From: a bacterium
GTDB taxonomy: Bacteria; Joyebacterota; Joyebacteria; Joyebacterales; Joyebacteraceae
Length of the DNA: 64,000 nt
Assembly: GCA_029990205.1 (NCBI GenBank)
Contig: JAPEKQ010000002.1
Location: forward strand, 96,845 to 160,844
Direction: 5' to 3'
Position numbers and translations under genes: made by a program. Below, piece after piece: positions 41,897 to 50,414 of the stretch (position 1 is its first letter; the number at the start of each line of letters is the position of its first letter). Below the pieces are notes generated by a model. The model searched no databases. It was given only the letters and a program-made list of their open reading frames with translations, and was not told the DNA's origin.

Positions 41897-42687
41897 TTCC
41901 TGTCGCTCCTCCCTGTGATCTCAATCGGCCCCAGCGGCTCCTTCTGGCTCGCCAGGAGGACCGCGACGTCCGGCCGGCCGGCCGCTTCGAGCGCGGCGGC
42001 GGCGGCCTCGTAGGCCAGACGCGGCTTGTTGTTCTCTTCCGATAGGTGCGCGAGGACCACCGTTGAGACCGGGTGGTCCGCCGCGCGCGCGAGCTCCCGG
42101 GCAGCCGTCTCGTTGGACAGATGTCCGACGTTGCTCATGATCCGCTGCTTCAACGGCCACGGGTACGGGCCGTCGACGAGCATTCGTTCGTCATGGTTGA
42201 ACTCGAGCACGACGCAGTCCGCGCGCGCCATCTGGTCGCGAACCGCCGACCCCACGACACCGAGGTCGGTCGCGAGGACGAGCCGCGCCGCATCCGCCTC
42301 GAATGCGTACCCGACCGGGTCCGCGCAGTCGTGGCTGGTCGAGAACGGCGAGACGGTGATATCGCCGACCGAGAGCGGCTCTCCGGGCGCGATGGGAACC
42401 CTCGTGAAACCGTCACCGGCCCGCCGGTTGATCGCGCGGAGCGTACCGCGTGTCGCGTGGACGGGCAGATTGAAGCGGCGGGCGACGGGACCGACCCCAC
42501 TGATGTGATCGGAGTGCTCGTGCGTCACGAACACGGCGGCGAGGTCGGACGCATCCTCGCCGGCATCGGTGATGGCGCATGCGACCCGCTTCGCCGAAAT
42601 GCCGGCGTCCACAAGGATGCTCGTCGTGCTGGTAGAGACAAGGAAGGCATTCCCGGAGCTTCCGCTCGCGAGGACCGTGAGCCTCAT
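41851..42687 (-). CDS. MBL-fold metallo-hydrolase
   Basis: VFVTHEHSDHISG (HxHxDH), ...HD..., ...H... The exact C-terminus is uncertain because it overlaps the ugd start in another frame. Confidence 0.7.
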   Translation of the reverse strand: MRLTVLASGSSGNAFLVSTSTTSILVDAGISAKRVACAITDAGEDASDLAAVFVTHEHSDHISGVGPVARRFNLPVHATRGTLRAINRRAGDGFTRVPIAPGEPLSVGDITVSPFSTSHDCADPVGYAFEADAARLVLATDLGVVGSAVRDQMARADCVVLEFNHDERMLVDGPYPWPLKQRIMSNVGHLSNETAARELARAADHPVSTVVLAHLSEENNKPRLAYEAAAAALEAAGRPDVAVLLASQKEPLGPIEITGRSDRKCTRSRSSERVTSDS

Positions 42688-42762
42688 CTGGACCTCTCTG
42701 GGCAGTGTGGCCTCGGTCGCGGGAAGCGGCGTGATCCTGACGCGTCTCGTGACCGCGGTCGC

Positions 42763-43044
42763 CTATCCGGCGTCTTTGGCGGAGGCCCGGGCCGACACGT
42801 ATTGCGAGATCAGCCGCTCGAACCTGCTCTGGTAGATGAGATCGAACTGGTCCATCATGTCCGGAATGATCTGTGCAGCCTGTCGGCGCACGCGCTGAGC
42901 CATCACTGTTGCTTCGGAGACGTCGAGCCGGCCTCCCATGATCTCCTCACACGCGCCGTCAACGAGTTCTCGGAGCTGGGCAAGCTTCTCGTTCTCCTCG
43001 GCCAGCAGTTGTGCCATCTCGCTGTCATCGAACTGATCGGTCAT
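42763..43044 (-). CDS. Small acidic hypothetical protein (93 aa), predicted helical
   Basis: MTDQFDDSEMAQLLAEENEKLAQLRELVDGACEEIMGG..., with SD GGGGAG 8 nt upstream. No recognisable family. Confidence 0.4.
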   Translation of the reverse strand: MTDQFDDSEMAQLLAEENEKLAQLRELVDGACEEIMGGRLDVSEATVMAQRVRRQAAQIIPDMMDQFDLIYQSRFERLISQYVSARASAKDAG

Positions 43045-43262
43045 CGCTGTACTCCCCTGGCCGGGGTCTGCGAACAGGCCCGCTCCCCGGTGCATATGGT
43101 GTCTCGGCAATCGCCCATAGTCTTTCGGATTCTATCGGTCGGAGCGCCCCCTGGTCAAGCTGTTTGGGCCATTCGGGGTGGCTGCTTGACACCCTAGAGC
43201 GCGCAAGCGTAAGCTCTTAGAGACGAATACCTAACCGGTTCACACGAGGAGGCCTCCAACTG

Positions 43263-45725
43263 ATGAAGCGCGGACCTAGAGAACGTCTCACGGGACTCAT
43301 CGACACCGTCGAGAACATGCCGATCACGCTCGGTCGCTGGCTGCTGATCCTCGCCGCGATCATCGTGGTCCGACACTTTCTCGAGCAGGTCTCGGGACAG
43401 CTGAAGACCATCTACTTCCTCTCCTATTTCATCCACTACCCGCTGGCCTACATCGCGCCGATGCTCGGACTCTCGGTCGTCCTCTCGCTCATGTCCAGGG
43501 AGCGGATCGAGCGGGTCACCAAGCTGATGCTGTTCGCGTGGCTGCTGACGCTCCTGCCGCCGCTCCTCGACCTCCTGCTCGCAAGCGGCGGCGAGAACCC
43601 TGAGCTGATCGGGTATCTCATCCCCGATCACACGGGTCTCGGGACAGCCTTCGTAAACCTCCTCAACCCGTTCTACCACGGCTTCCAGGGCACGACGGCC
43701 GGCATCCGGCTCGAGGCCGCAGTCGGCTGCGTCCTGGCCGCCGTCTACGCGCACATCAAGACGAAGAGTCTCGGGCGTGCGATCCTGACATTCATCGTGG
43801 TCTACCCCACGATGTTCCTCTTCTTCGCGCTCCCGCCGCTCACGGTCGCCATCACGAGGCTCTTCGGCGCCCAGATCGACAACGTCTATCAGCTCTTCTT
43901 CGCGCGGGCGAACGTCTACCGGGCGTTCGTGAACGTGACACCGTTCGCGCTCTCGGACCTTTCGAACTCGCTCGTCGACCTCATCGTCCTCGTGCCGATC
44001 CTGAAGATCTGGTACTGGCTCTACGACCGTGAGGGTTTCTGGCGGTTCGCCCGACGGATCGACGTACCGACGGCCGGTCTGCACCTGGTCGCGACCATCG
44101 CCGGCATCGTGCTCGGCGCGCGGCTCCTGCTCGGTTCGACCGGAGTCGTCTCGGTCGCTCATCCGTTCGACGTCATCTCTCTCATCGGGCTCGTGATCGC
44201 GTCGTTCTTCACGGCTCAGACGGCGACGTACATGCGGCTCTGGTTCGCGCCTGACGAGGAGACCGCCTCGACCGAGGACAGGGCGCGGATCATACAGCTC
44301 GGTCTCATCATGATGGGGTTCGCCGTCCTCTTCTCGCTCTCTGTCAGCTACGTGGCGCTGACGTACGTCCTCGCCGCGCTCGCTGTCTACACGCTCTACT
44401 ACGCTCCCCCGTTCCGGCTCGGGCGCTATACGCCGCTCGCCGGTCTGATGATCGGCGGGATCGCGCTCTTCGCCCTGGGTCTCGGGTACTGCGCGTATGC
44501 GGGCGAGCAGGCAGCACTCTGGCTCCCGAAGAGCATCGTGGCCATGACGGTCATCTCCTCGACGCTCGCCTTCCTCGCCCGGGACGTGTGGGATCCGACC
44601 GCGGGCGACGCGCCGTTCTCGCTCTCGGTCTCCAGACTCTCGGGAGAAGCAACAGCGCGTACCGTCGCGGGTGTGGGCATCCTTCTGGCGGCGCTCGTCC
44701 CGGCGGCCGTGCTGCGGGAACCGCTCTACGCGGTCCCCGGTCTCATCCTCGGCGTCATCGGCCTCATCGGGGTTCTCCGAGCGCGCCCCGCGGTCGTCCC
44801 GGGCGTGGTCGGTGGTGTCGGCGCCGCGCTGCTCATTGTTCTGGCGGTGATGGGAATCACTTCGGCACCGCAGCTCGCGACCGACCTCTCGGGCACGAGC
44901 TTCGCCACCACGACGCGGCGCGCGGGCTCGTTCGAGTTCATGGAGAAGGCGGATGCGACCGAACAGCAGACCCTCGTCAACGAGGGCATCGTCATGATGA
45001 GAAACGGAGATGTGGCCGGCGCCGTATCGAGCTTCCGGAGGGCCATCGAGATCGACCCGCAGTACGTGCAGGCGTACGTCAGCCTGGGCTCGGCCCAGCT
45101 GAGGATGGAGGATCTCGAAGGCGCCGAGCGTTCGTTCCGCCGGGCCATCGAGATGGAGGGTGAGAACGTCCTTGCGCTGGTCGGTCTCGGACAGACGTAC
45201 AAGCTCTTCGACCAGACCGAAGAGGCCATCGCCTATCTGGAGCGCGCCCTCGAAATCGATCCTGAGAGCGTGGACGCCACCTACACGCTGGCGCTGATCC
45301 ACATGGCCGACAGTGAGATCGAGAAGGAGGTCGAGGCGCTCATCCGCACGATCGAGATCGATGACCGCCATACTCCTGCACTGTCGCGCCTCGCCGACAT
45401 CTACCTCGCGAACGGGCGCTACGAGCAGGCCATCTCGGCGCTCAACGCGGCCCAGGCGGGACGCACGCCGGTCGATCACATCCACACGCGTCTCGCGGAC
45501 GCCCACTATCAGATGGGTAATCTGTCGGCCGCGGAGGAGGAGCTTCGTCGTGAGATCATGTTGAGACCGAGAACCGCGGCGCCACGGGCCAACCTCGCGC
45601 GGCTTCTCTCGGAACAGGGACGAATGGATGAGGCGAAGGCGGAACTCAGGCAGGCCATCGAAGTCGCGCAGGACGAGCAGCTCAAGTCACTCCTGGAGCA
45701 GGAACTCGCGCGCATCGGAGGCTAG
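43263..45725 (+). CDS. Polytopic membrane protein (~570 aa, >=12 TM helices) with C-terminal TPR-repeat domain
   Basis: The TPR motifs occupy residues ~575-820 (AIEIDPQYVQAYVSLGSAQLRMEDLEGAERSFRRAIE..., ALEIDPESVDATYTLA...). SD GAGGAGG lies 10 nt upstream of the ATG. The opposite-strand 770-aa ORF is an artefact. Confidence 0.6.
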   Translation: MKRGPRERLTGLIDTVENMPITLGRWLLILAAIIVVRHFLEQVSGQLKTIYFLSYFIHYPLAYIAPMLGLSVVLSLMSRERIERVTKLMLFAWLLTLLPPLLDLLLASGGENPELIGYLIPDHTGLGTAFVNLLNPFYHGFQGTTAGIRLEAAVGCVLAAVYAHIKTKSLGRAILTFIVVYPTMFLFFALPPLTVAITRLFGAQIDNVYQLFFARANVYRAFVNVTPFALSDLSNSLVDLIVLVPILKIWYWLYDREGFWRFARRIDVPTAGLHLVATIAGIVLGARLLLGSTGVVSVAHPFDVISLIGLVIASFFTAQTATYMRLWFAPDEETASTEDRARIIQLGLIMMGFAVLFSLSVSYVALTYVLAALAVYTLYYAPPFRLGRYTPLAGLMIGGIALFALGLGYCAYAGEQAALWLPKSIVAMTVISSTLAFLARDVWDPTAGDAPFSLSVSRLSGEATARTVAGVGILLAALVPAAVLREPLYAVPGLILGVIGLIGVLRARPAVVPGVVGGVGAALLIVLAVMGITSAPQLATDLSGTSFATTTRRAGSFEFMEKADATEQQTLVNEGIVMMRNGDVAGAVSSFRRAIEIDPQYVQAYVSLGSAQLRMEDLEGAERSFRRAIEMEGENVLALVGLGQTYKLFDQTEEAIAYLERALEIDPESVDATYTLALIHMADSEIEKEVEALIRTIEIDDRHTPALSRLADIYLANGRYEQAISALNAAQAGRTPVDHIHTRLADAHYQMGNLSAAEEELRREIMLRPRTAAPRANLARLLSEQGRMDEAKAELRQAIEVAQDEQLKSLLEQELARIGG

Positions 45726-45770
45726 CGCGCGAAGCGAAGGCAGGACGAAGAAAGTGAAGCGGTGATTCCT

Positions 45771-45796
45771 GACGCCCGGCACTCGTGCCGGGCGTC
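45771..45796. terminator. GC-rich hairpin between convergent genes (10-bp perfect stem, 6-nt loop)
   Basis: gacgcccggc-actcgt-gccgggcgtc. It sits between the end of the TPR gene (45725) and the end of uspA (45823). There is no clean U-tract. Confidence 0.4.
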
Positions 45797-45822
45797 GTGC
45801 ATGTGTGCGGCAGGCGTTGGGC

Positions 45823-46332
45823 TCACGCACCCCTGTTACCGCCCTCGCCACCTCCCGCGTCACGCTCACCGGCGCGATACACGTTCACGTCGCAGCTCGC
45901 ATCCCGCGCAAGCCGTTTCACGTCAGAGCCGATGACGAGCCGGGAGAGCGCCGGCCGGTCCTGTCGCGCCACGAATATCTCAGACGGCGCGATACGCTCG
46001 GCGGCAGCGAGCGACAGGCGGAGGAACTCGCCCTCGACCAGTTCGACGGCAAGCGATACCCCGCGTTCCTCCGCCAGCCCGGCGATGCGCCCGAGTTCCG
46101 CCTCCCCCCTCCTCCTGTGCTCCTCCCTCACCGCATCGAGGAAGCGCGCGCTCGGCACGTCGCCGACGAACCCGAAGTCCTGGATGCGCTCCTGGACGTC
46201 GTCGGCGAGCGTCGCGTCGAGGATGTAGACGACGACCAGTTCGCCGTCGGCACGCTTGGCAGATGCCAGCGCCCGTTCGACACAGGTTGAGGAGACCCGC
46301 GACGGAGACATTATGAGAAGCGTCCGCTTCAA
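45823..46332 (-). CDS. Universal stress protein (UspA family)
   Basis: Usp fold: LLIMSP...ELVVVYILD...SEIFVARQDRPALSRLVIGSDV.. Confidence 0.75.
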   Translation of the reverse strand: MKRTLLIMSPSRVSSTCVERALASAKRADGELVVVYILDATLADDVQERIQDFGFVGDVPSARFLDAVREEHRRRGEAELGRIAGLAEERGVSLAVELVEGEFLRLSLAAAERIAPSEIFVARQDRPALSRLVIGSDVKRLARDASCDVNVYRAGERDAGGGEGGNRGA

Positions 46333-46368
46333 GAGGTCACCTCCAGAAACAGCCGGCTGCCGGGCGGG

Positions 46369-47754
46369 TCAGACGACCAGACCGAGAGCGGGCCAGTAGA
46401 ACAACGCTGCCGCCGCGAAGAGTGCGAGCGCCACGATCTTCAGAAGCGCCCCCACACTCACGGAGTGCTTGAGTCGGAAGTACCCGGCCGAGTACGCGAT
46501 GGCGTTCGGCGGCGATCCCATCGGAAGCGCGAACGCGAGACCCGCCGGCACCGCCACGGCGTAGACGACGAGGACGGGGGGTATGCCGGCTCCCTCCGCG
46601 ATGCCGAAGCAGATCGGCAGGAGGAGCGCTACCGCGGCCACGTTGCTGATGGCTTCCGTCAGGAAGGTCGCCACGAGCGCGAACGTCATCAGCATCCAGA
46701 ACGGTGGCATCGCTCCGATGCGCGCCATCCCGGCCTCCGCGATCCACCGCGCCGCGCCGGTCTCGTGCAGAGCGGCCGCGATCGCGATCGCGCCGCCGTA
46801 CATCAGAATGACACCCCAGTTCACGTACTCCTCGACACTCTTCCAATCGATGAGATTGAACGCGAACATAGAGACCGCCGCCAGGAGCGATATCGAGGCG
46901 AGATCGAACCCGCGCCCCGCGACGATCCAGCAGACGATCGTGACGATCACGATGGCCGCGATCCCCTTCTCTCGACGCCCCATCGGACCCAGCGCGTTCG
47001 CCTTCTCACGAAGCACAAGGCTGGCCCCGGAGACGTCCGTGACGTTCGATGGGAACGACCTCGAGAGCAACAGGAAGATGGCGCCCATGAGAACGATGGA
47101 CAGCGGGGCCACGGCCACCATCCAATCAAGGAATCCGATCGACAGGTTGTAGTGCTCCTTGAGGATCCCCAGGGCCAGAGGGTTCCTGGCGCCTCCGAGG
47201 AACGTTGCGACGCCCCCGACGACGGTTCCCCATGCGAGCGCGAGGAAGAGGGCGCGCCCGTACCGGCTCCGGCCGGGCTCGAGTTCAAGTGCGCGAGCGA
47301 TCTCGAGCACGATGGGGAACATCAGCGCGGCGACCGCGTGCTCAGGCATCCAGAACGCGAGGAACCCGCCGGCGAGGATCACGCCCGCGAGGAGCGTCCG
47401 GGGCCCGGAGTCGAAACGCCGGAGGAACACCAGCGCGAGACGCGTCGACAGCCCCGACTTCATCATCGCCGCGGCCATGATGAACGCACCGAGAATGAAG
47501 AAGACCGCCGAACTGCCGAAGAGCGAGAACGATCTGGACGCCGGGATGACGCGCAGTGTGGGAAGCATGACGATGGCGAGGATGCTGGTCACGGCAAGGG
47601 GCAGCGCGCCCGTGACCCAGAGCACGAAGCAGAGCGAGAAGATAGCCAGCGCGCTCTGCGCCTCACGCGCGAGTCCATCGGGTGTCGGCGCGATGAGAAT
47701 CGCCAGACACAAGATGACCCCGCCGATGAGACCCAGCAGCCTGAAGCGCTTCAC
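46369..47754 (-). CDS. DASS-family (SLC13-like) divalent anion:sodium symporter
   Basis: About 460 aa, polytopic, with repeated hairpin motifs typical of the CitMHS/DASS ArsB superfamily (GGxATxxGxxxN, SPPNAIAYS). The start is uncertain between GTG 47754 and 47823. Confidence 0.7.
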   Translation of the reverse strand: MKRFRLLGLIGGVILCLAILIAPTPDGLAREAQSALAIFSLCFVLWVTGALPLAVTSILAIVMLPTLRVIPASRSFSLFGSSAVFFILGAFIMAAAMMKSGLSTRLALVFLRRFDSGPRTLLAGVILAGGFLAFWMPEHAVAALMFPIVLEIARALELEPGRSRYGRALFLALAWGTVVGGVATFLGGARNPLALGILKEHYNLSIGFLDWMVAVAPLSIVLMGAIFLLLSRSFPSNVTDVSGASLVLREKANALGPMGRREKGIAAIVIVTIVCWIVAGRGFDLASISLLAAVSMFAFNLIDWKSVEEYVNWGVILMYGGAIAIAAALHETGAARWIAEAGMARIGAMPPFWMLMTFALVATFLTEAISNVAAVALLLPICFGIAEGAGIPPVLVVYAVAVPAGLAFALPMGSPPNAIAYSAGYFRLKHSVSVGALLKIVALALFAAAALFYWPALGLVV

Positions 47755-47964
47755 GCATCCTCCCGTTCGCCTCGACAAGGGGTCAGGATCGGCCTGACTC
47801 CCGCTCGGTCGTGATTCTTGCACCGTGGCTCGAAGAGTGTCAAGCGCGTTCGGGTGGTCGGGGAACTCCGACGGGCCGTGAACGGGTCCGGCCGTGTCCC
47901 CTCAGACAACGAAAGCGGGGCGGCCATCAGGCCGCCCCGCTCCGGTCATGGTCGTACGCTGCAC

Positions 47965-50289
47965 CTACTTCAGAAGCACCATCTTCGCCGATGCCTCGCG
48001 GCCCCCGGCGATGATCCGCGAGAAGTACACGCCCGCGGCGACACCGCGCCCGGCATCATCTCTGCCGTCCCAGACAACCTGGTGGCTGCCGGCGTCGCGC
48101 TCATCGCCCGCGAGCAGCGTCCGCACGAGCCTGCCGGCCGCGTCATAGACGCGGACGTCGGCGGTCCCACTCGAAGGCATCTGGAAGCTCACGCTCGTGT
48201 GCGGGTTGAACGGGTTCGGGAAGTTGGAGATGGCCAGCTCCCGCGGCACGAAGTCGTCCACGCCCGTCTCGGGCCCCTCGATCGAGATGAGTACGTCATC
48301 GACGTACCAGCCGTCGCGCTCGATGTACCCGTCGGAGTCGAGCAGGAACCGGATCTTGAACTGCGACGTGCCGACGTAGCTCGTCAGGTCGATCGTCTCC
48401 TCGGTCCAGGTCGACTGGCTCCCGTCGTACGTCGCGACGTCGGTCCAGGACGAGCCGTTGTTCGTGCTCACCTCGACGTAGCAGTAGTCGTAGCCGGACT
48501 CGGTGTCGTAGCGGTGCCAGAACGAGAGCTCGGCGCCATCGGCAGAACTGAGATCGATGGCGTTCGCGAGCGTCATCGTCTCGTAGTCGTTGCTCCCGTA
48601 GTTGCCACCCGGACTGTCGGTCATGCAGGTGCTCGGGCTGTACGACGTGGTCGTCGTCGTGCCCCAGCTCCCGGTCCACTCGGCGAGACCCGACTCGATA
48701 TCATCGAAGAAGTCGGGCGCCGCGAGGACGAAATCGACCGAAGCGATCGTGCCGTCGCCGACGCTGACATCGAGTTCCTCTCCCGACGAGTATCCGCTGC
48801 GCGACGCGCGGACATCATAGGTTCCGACAGGGATGTACTCGATCTCGTAGTAGCCGGTCGCATCGCTCTCGTCGGAGTAGCCGGTGGCGTCGGTCAGTTC
48901 GACCAGCGCTCCCTCGAGCGGCAACATCGACTCGTCACGAACGTAGCCTGCGATCGAACCGCGCGGCGGCGGCTCGAGCGCGAAGTTCACGACAACGAAC
49001 GTGTCGAGACTCGCGGAAACGTTGTAGACGGTCTGCGTCGGGTAGTCATCGGCCGAACAGACCACCGTGTAGGTGCCGGTCTCGACCATCCGGTGGTAGT
49101 CACCCACGTCCGGATCGGTGTAGATGTCCTTGCCGATCTCGGGGATGCTGATCGTCGCGTCGATGGGGTCGCCCGTCTCGGCGTCGGTCACCATCCCGCG
49201 AATCCCGCGGCCGGACATTCTGGCCTGATACAGCATCGCCGGGATGTTGTCGTCGACGATCCCGTCGATCGAAGACTCCGGCGGATCCTTCGTGACCGAC
49301 ACCTCGATCGTCGTGTCGATCTCGCCCCTCGTCTCGTAGCACCAGTCCTGGCAGGTGCCATCCGCGACGTACCAGTCGGCGCCGTTGGTCACCGGAAGAC
49401 CGCTCAGCGCGCCGTACTCGTCCGAGATCGTGATGATCATCGGTTCGTCGGGGGTCGGGTTGTACGTGTAGTCCCAGAGGTAGTTGACGTAGACCGCGCC
49501 CGAATGGAACGTGAGCGACGTCACCGGCCGCTTGTCCAGGTCGAAGTCACGGAGCGCCTGCGTCTCGGGCTCGGAGAACGCGGAACCGGCGTTGCTTCCG
49601 TCCGGACAGAGGTAGTTCCGGTTGAGATCGGTCCCGTTCCCGTTGTAGCGGGAGCCGTTCTCGTAGCCGTCCGGATTGAACATCGGGATGATCGTGATCT
49701 CGCGCTCGTTGACGAGCCACGTCACCTGGGGATCGGTCCCGTAGTTCTCGAGGAGGTACTCGATCATGTAGTAGCAGACGGCCATACTGATGGTCTCGTC
49801 GCCGTGGTGCGCGCCGATCCACTGGATCTCGGCCTCGAACTCCTCGACCGTCGGGTTGTCCGTGATCTTCAGCGCCCACATCTCCCGGCCGTACACGCTC
49901 TGACCGATCGAGACGAGTTCCGTGATGTTCGAATAGGTCGACGCCCACGCCTGCATGTCAGCCGTGAGCTCCGCGTAGCTGACGTACACGCCGCGGTCGG
50001 GCACCTTGAGCGACGCCACGGCGTCGATCATGTTCTCGACCGTGATGGCGGGGCGGAACCCGTTCGCCCACAGCGTCTCGATCTCCTCGGGGATGGCGGC
50101 GATCTGCGCCTTCCCGTCGGTCACGGACATGATGTCCATGTGGAGCTCGTTGAGACGATGGATATCGGCCCGCGAGAAGATGTCCACTTCAACAACGGCC
50201 GCGTCATCGCGCGGATAGGCAAGGACGGTCCCGGGGAGCGTCAGCAGGATGAGGAGGACGCCTGCCAGCGCGAGCTGAGCGACCCTCAT
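47965..50289 (-). CDS. Secreted M14 zinc carboxypeptidase with CarboxypepD_reg-like and beta-sandwich domains and a type IX secretion C-terminal sorting domain
   Basis: Signal peptide MRVAQLALAGVLLILLTLPG (SD AGGAGA). M14 zinc ligands HHGDE...H (TFHSGA) and substrate site DLNRNY. Two Ig-like regulatory domains (GMVTDAETGDPIDATISI, GYVRDESMLPLEGALVE). The C-terminus NFPNPFNPHTSVSFQMPSSGTADVRVYDAAGRLVRTLL...GVYFSRIIAGGREASAKMVLLK is a Por_Secre_tail / T9SS CTD. Confidence 0.75.
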   Translation of the reverse strand: MRVAQLALAGVLLILLTLPGTVLAYPRDDAAVVEVDIFSRADIHRLNELHMDIMSVTDGKAQIAAIPEEIETLWANGFRPAITVENMIDAVASLKVPDRGVYVSYAELTADMQAWASTYSNITELVSIGQSVYGREMWALKITDNPTVEEFEAEIQWIGAHHGDETISMAVCYYMIEYLLENYGTDPQVTWLVNEREITIIPMFNPDGYENGSRYNGNGTDLNRNYLCPDGSNAGSAFSEPETQALRDFDLDKRPVTSLTFHSGAVYVNYLWDYTYNPTPDEPMIITISDEYGALSGLPVTNGADWYVADGTCQDWCYETRGEIDTTIEVSVTKDPPESSIDGIVDDNIPAMLYQARMSGRGIRGMVTDAETGDPIDATISIPEIGKDIYTDPDVGDYHRMVETGTYTVVCSADDYPTQTVYNVSASLDTFVVVNFALEPPPRGSIAGYVRDESMLPLEGALVELTDATGYSDESDATGYYEIEYIPVGTYDVRASRSGYSSGEELDVSVGDGTIASVDFVLAAPDFFDDIESGLAEWTGSWGTTTTTSYSPSTCMTDSPGGNYGSNDYETMTLANAIDLSSADGAELSFWHRYDTESGYDYCYVEVSTNNGSSWTDVATYDGSQSTWTEETIDLTSYVGTSQFKIRFLLDSDGYIERDGWYVDDVLISIEGPETGVDDFVPRELAISNFPNPFNPHTSVSFQMPSSGTADVRVYDAAGRLVRTLLAGDERDAGSHQVVWDGRDDAGRGVAAGVYFSRIIAGGREASAKMVLLK

Positions 50290-50348
50290 GGAACATCTCC
50301 TTTCACAGGGTTCTGACACGAGGACAGGTGGCCGGCACGCCGGCCACC

Positions 50349-50370
50349 CGCCCCCACGGATGAACTGTGC
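50349..50370. other. Perfect GC inverted repeat (ggtggccggc-ac-gccggccacc) between the selenoprotein candidate and the carboxypeptidase gene
   Basis: A 10+10 nt palindrome lies 45 nt downstream of the stop at 50415 and about 60 nt upstream of the carboxypeptidase ATG. It could be a terminator/attenuator hairpin or an operator. Confidence 0.35.
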
Positions 50371-50414
50371 GCCTATCTCCGGGCTGCGGAGTCAGGCTCT
50401 TGATCTGCGCTCCC

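Noticed and set aside
43194-45506. 770-aa minus-strand ORF opposite the membrane-TPR gene
   Set aside because: It is extremely Arg/Glu/Asp-rich with no hydrophobic or repeat structure. The plus-strand product has clear TM helices and TPR motifs plus a strong RBS.
47818-50316. 832-aa plus-strand ORF antisense to the M14 carboxypeptidase
   Set aside because: It is a GC artefact. The minus-strand protein has signal peptide, catalytic motifs and T9SS CTD.
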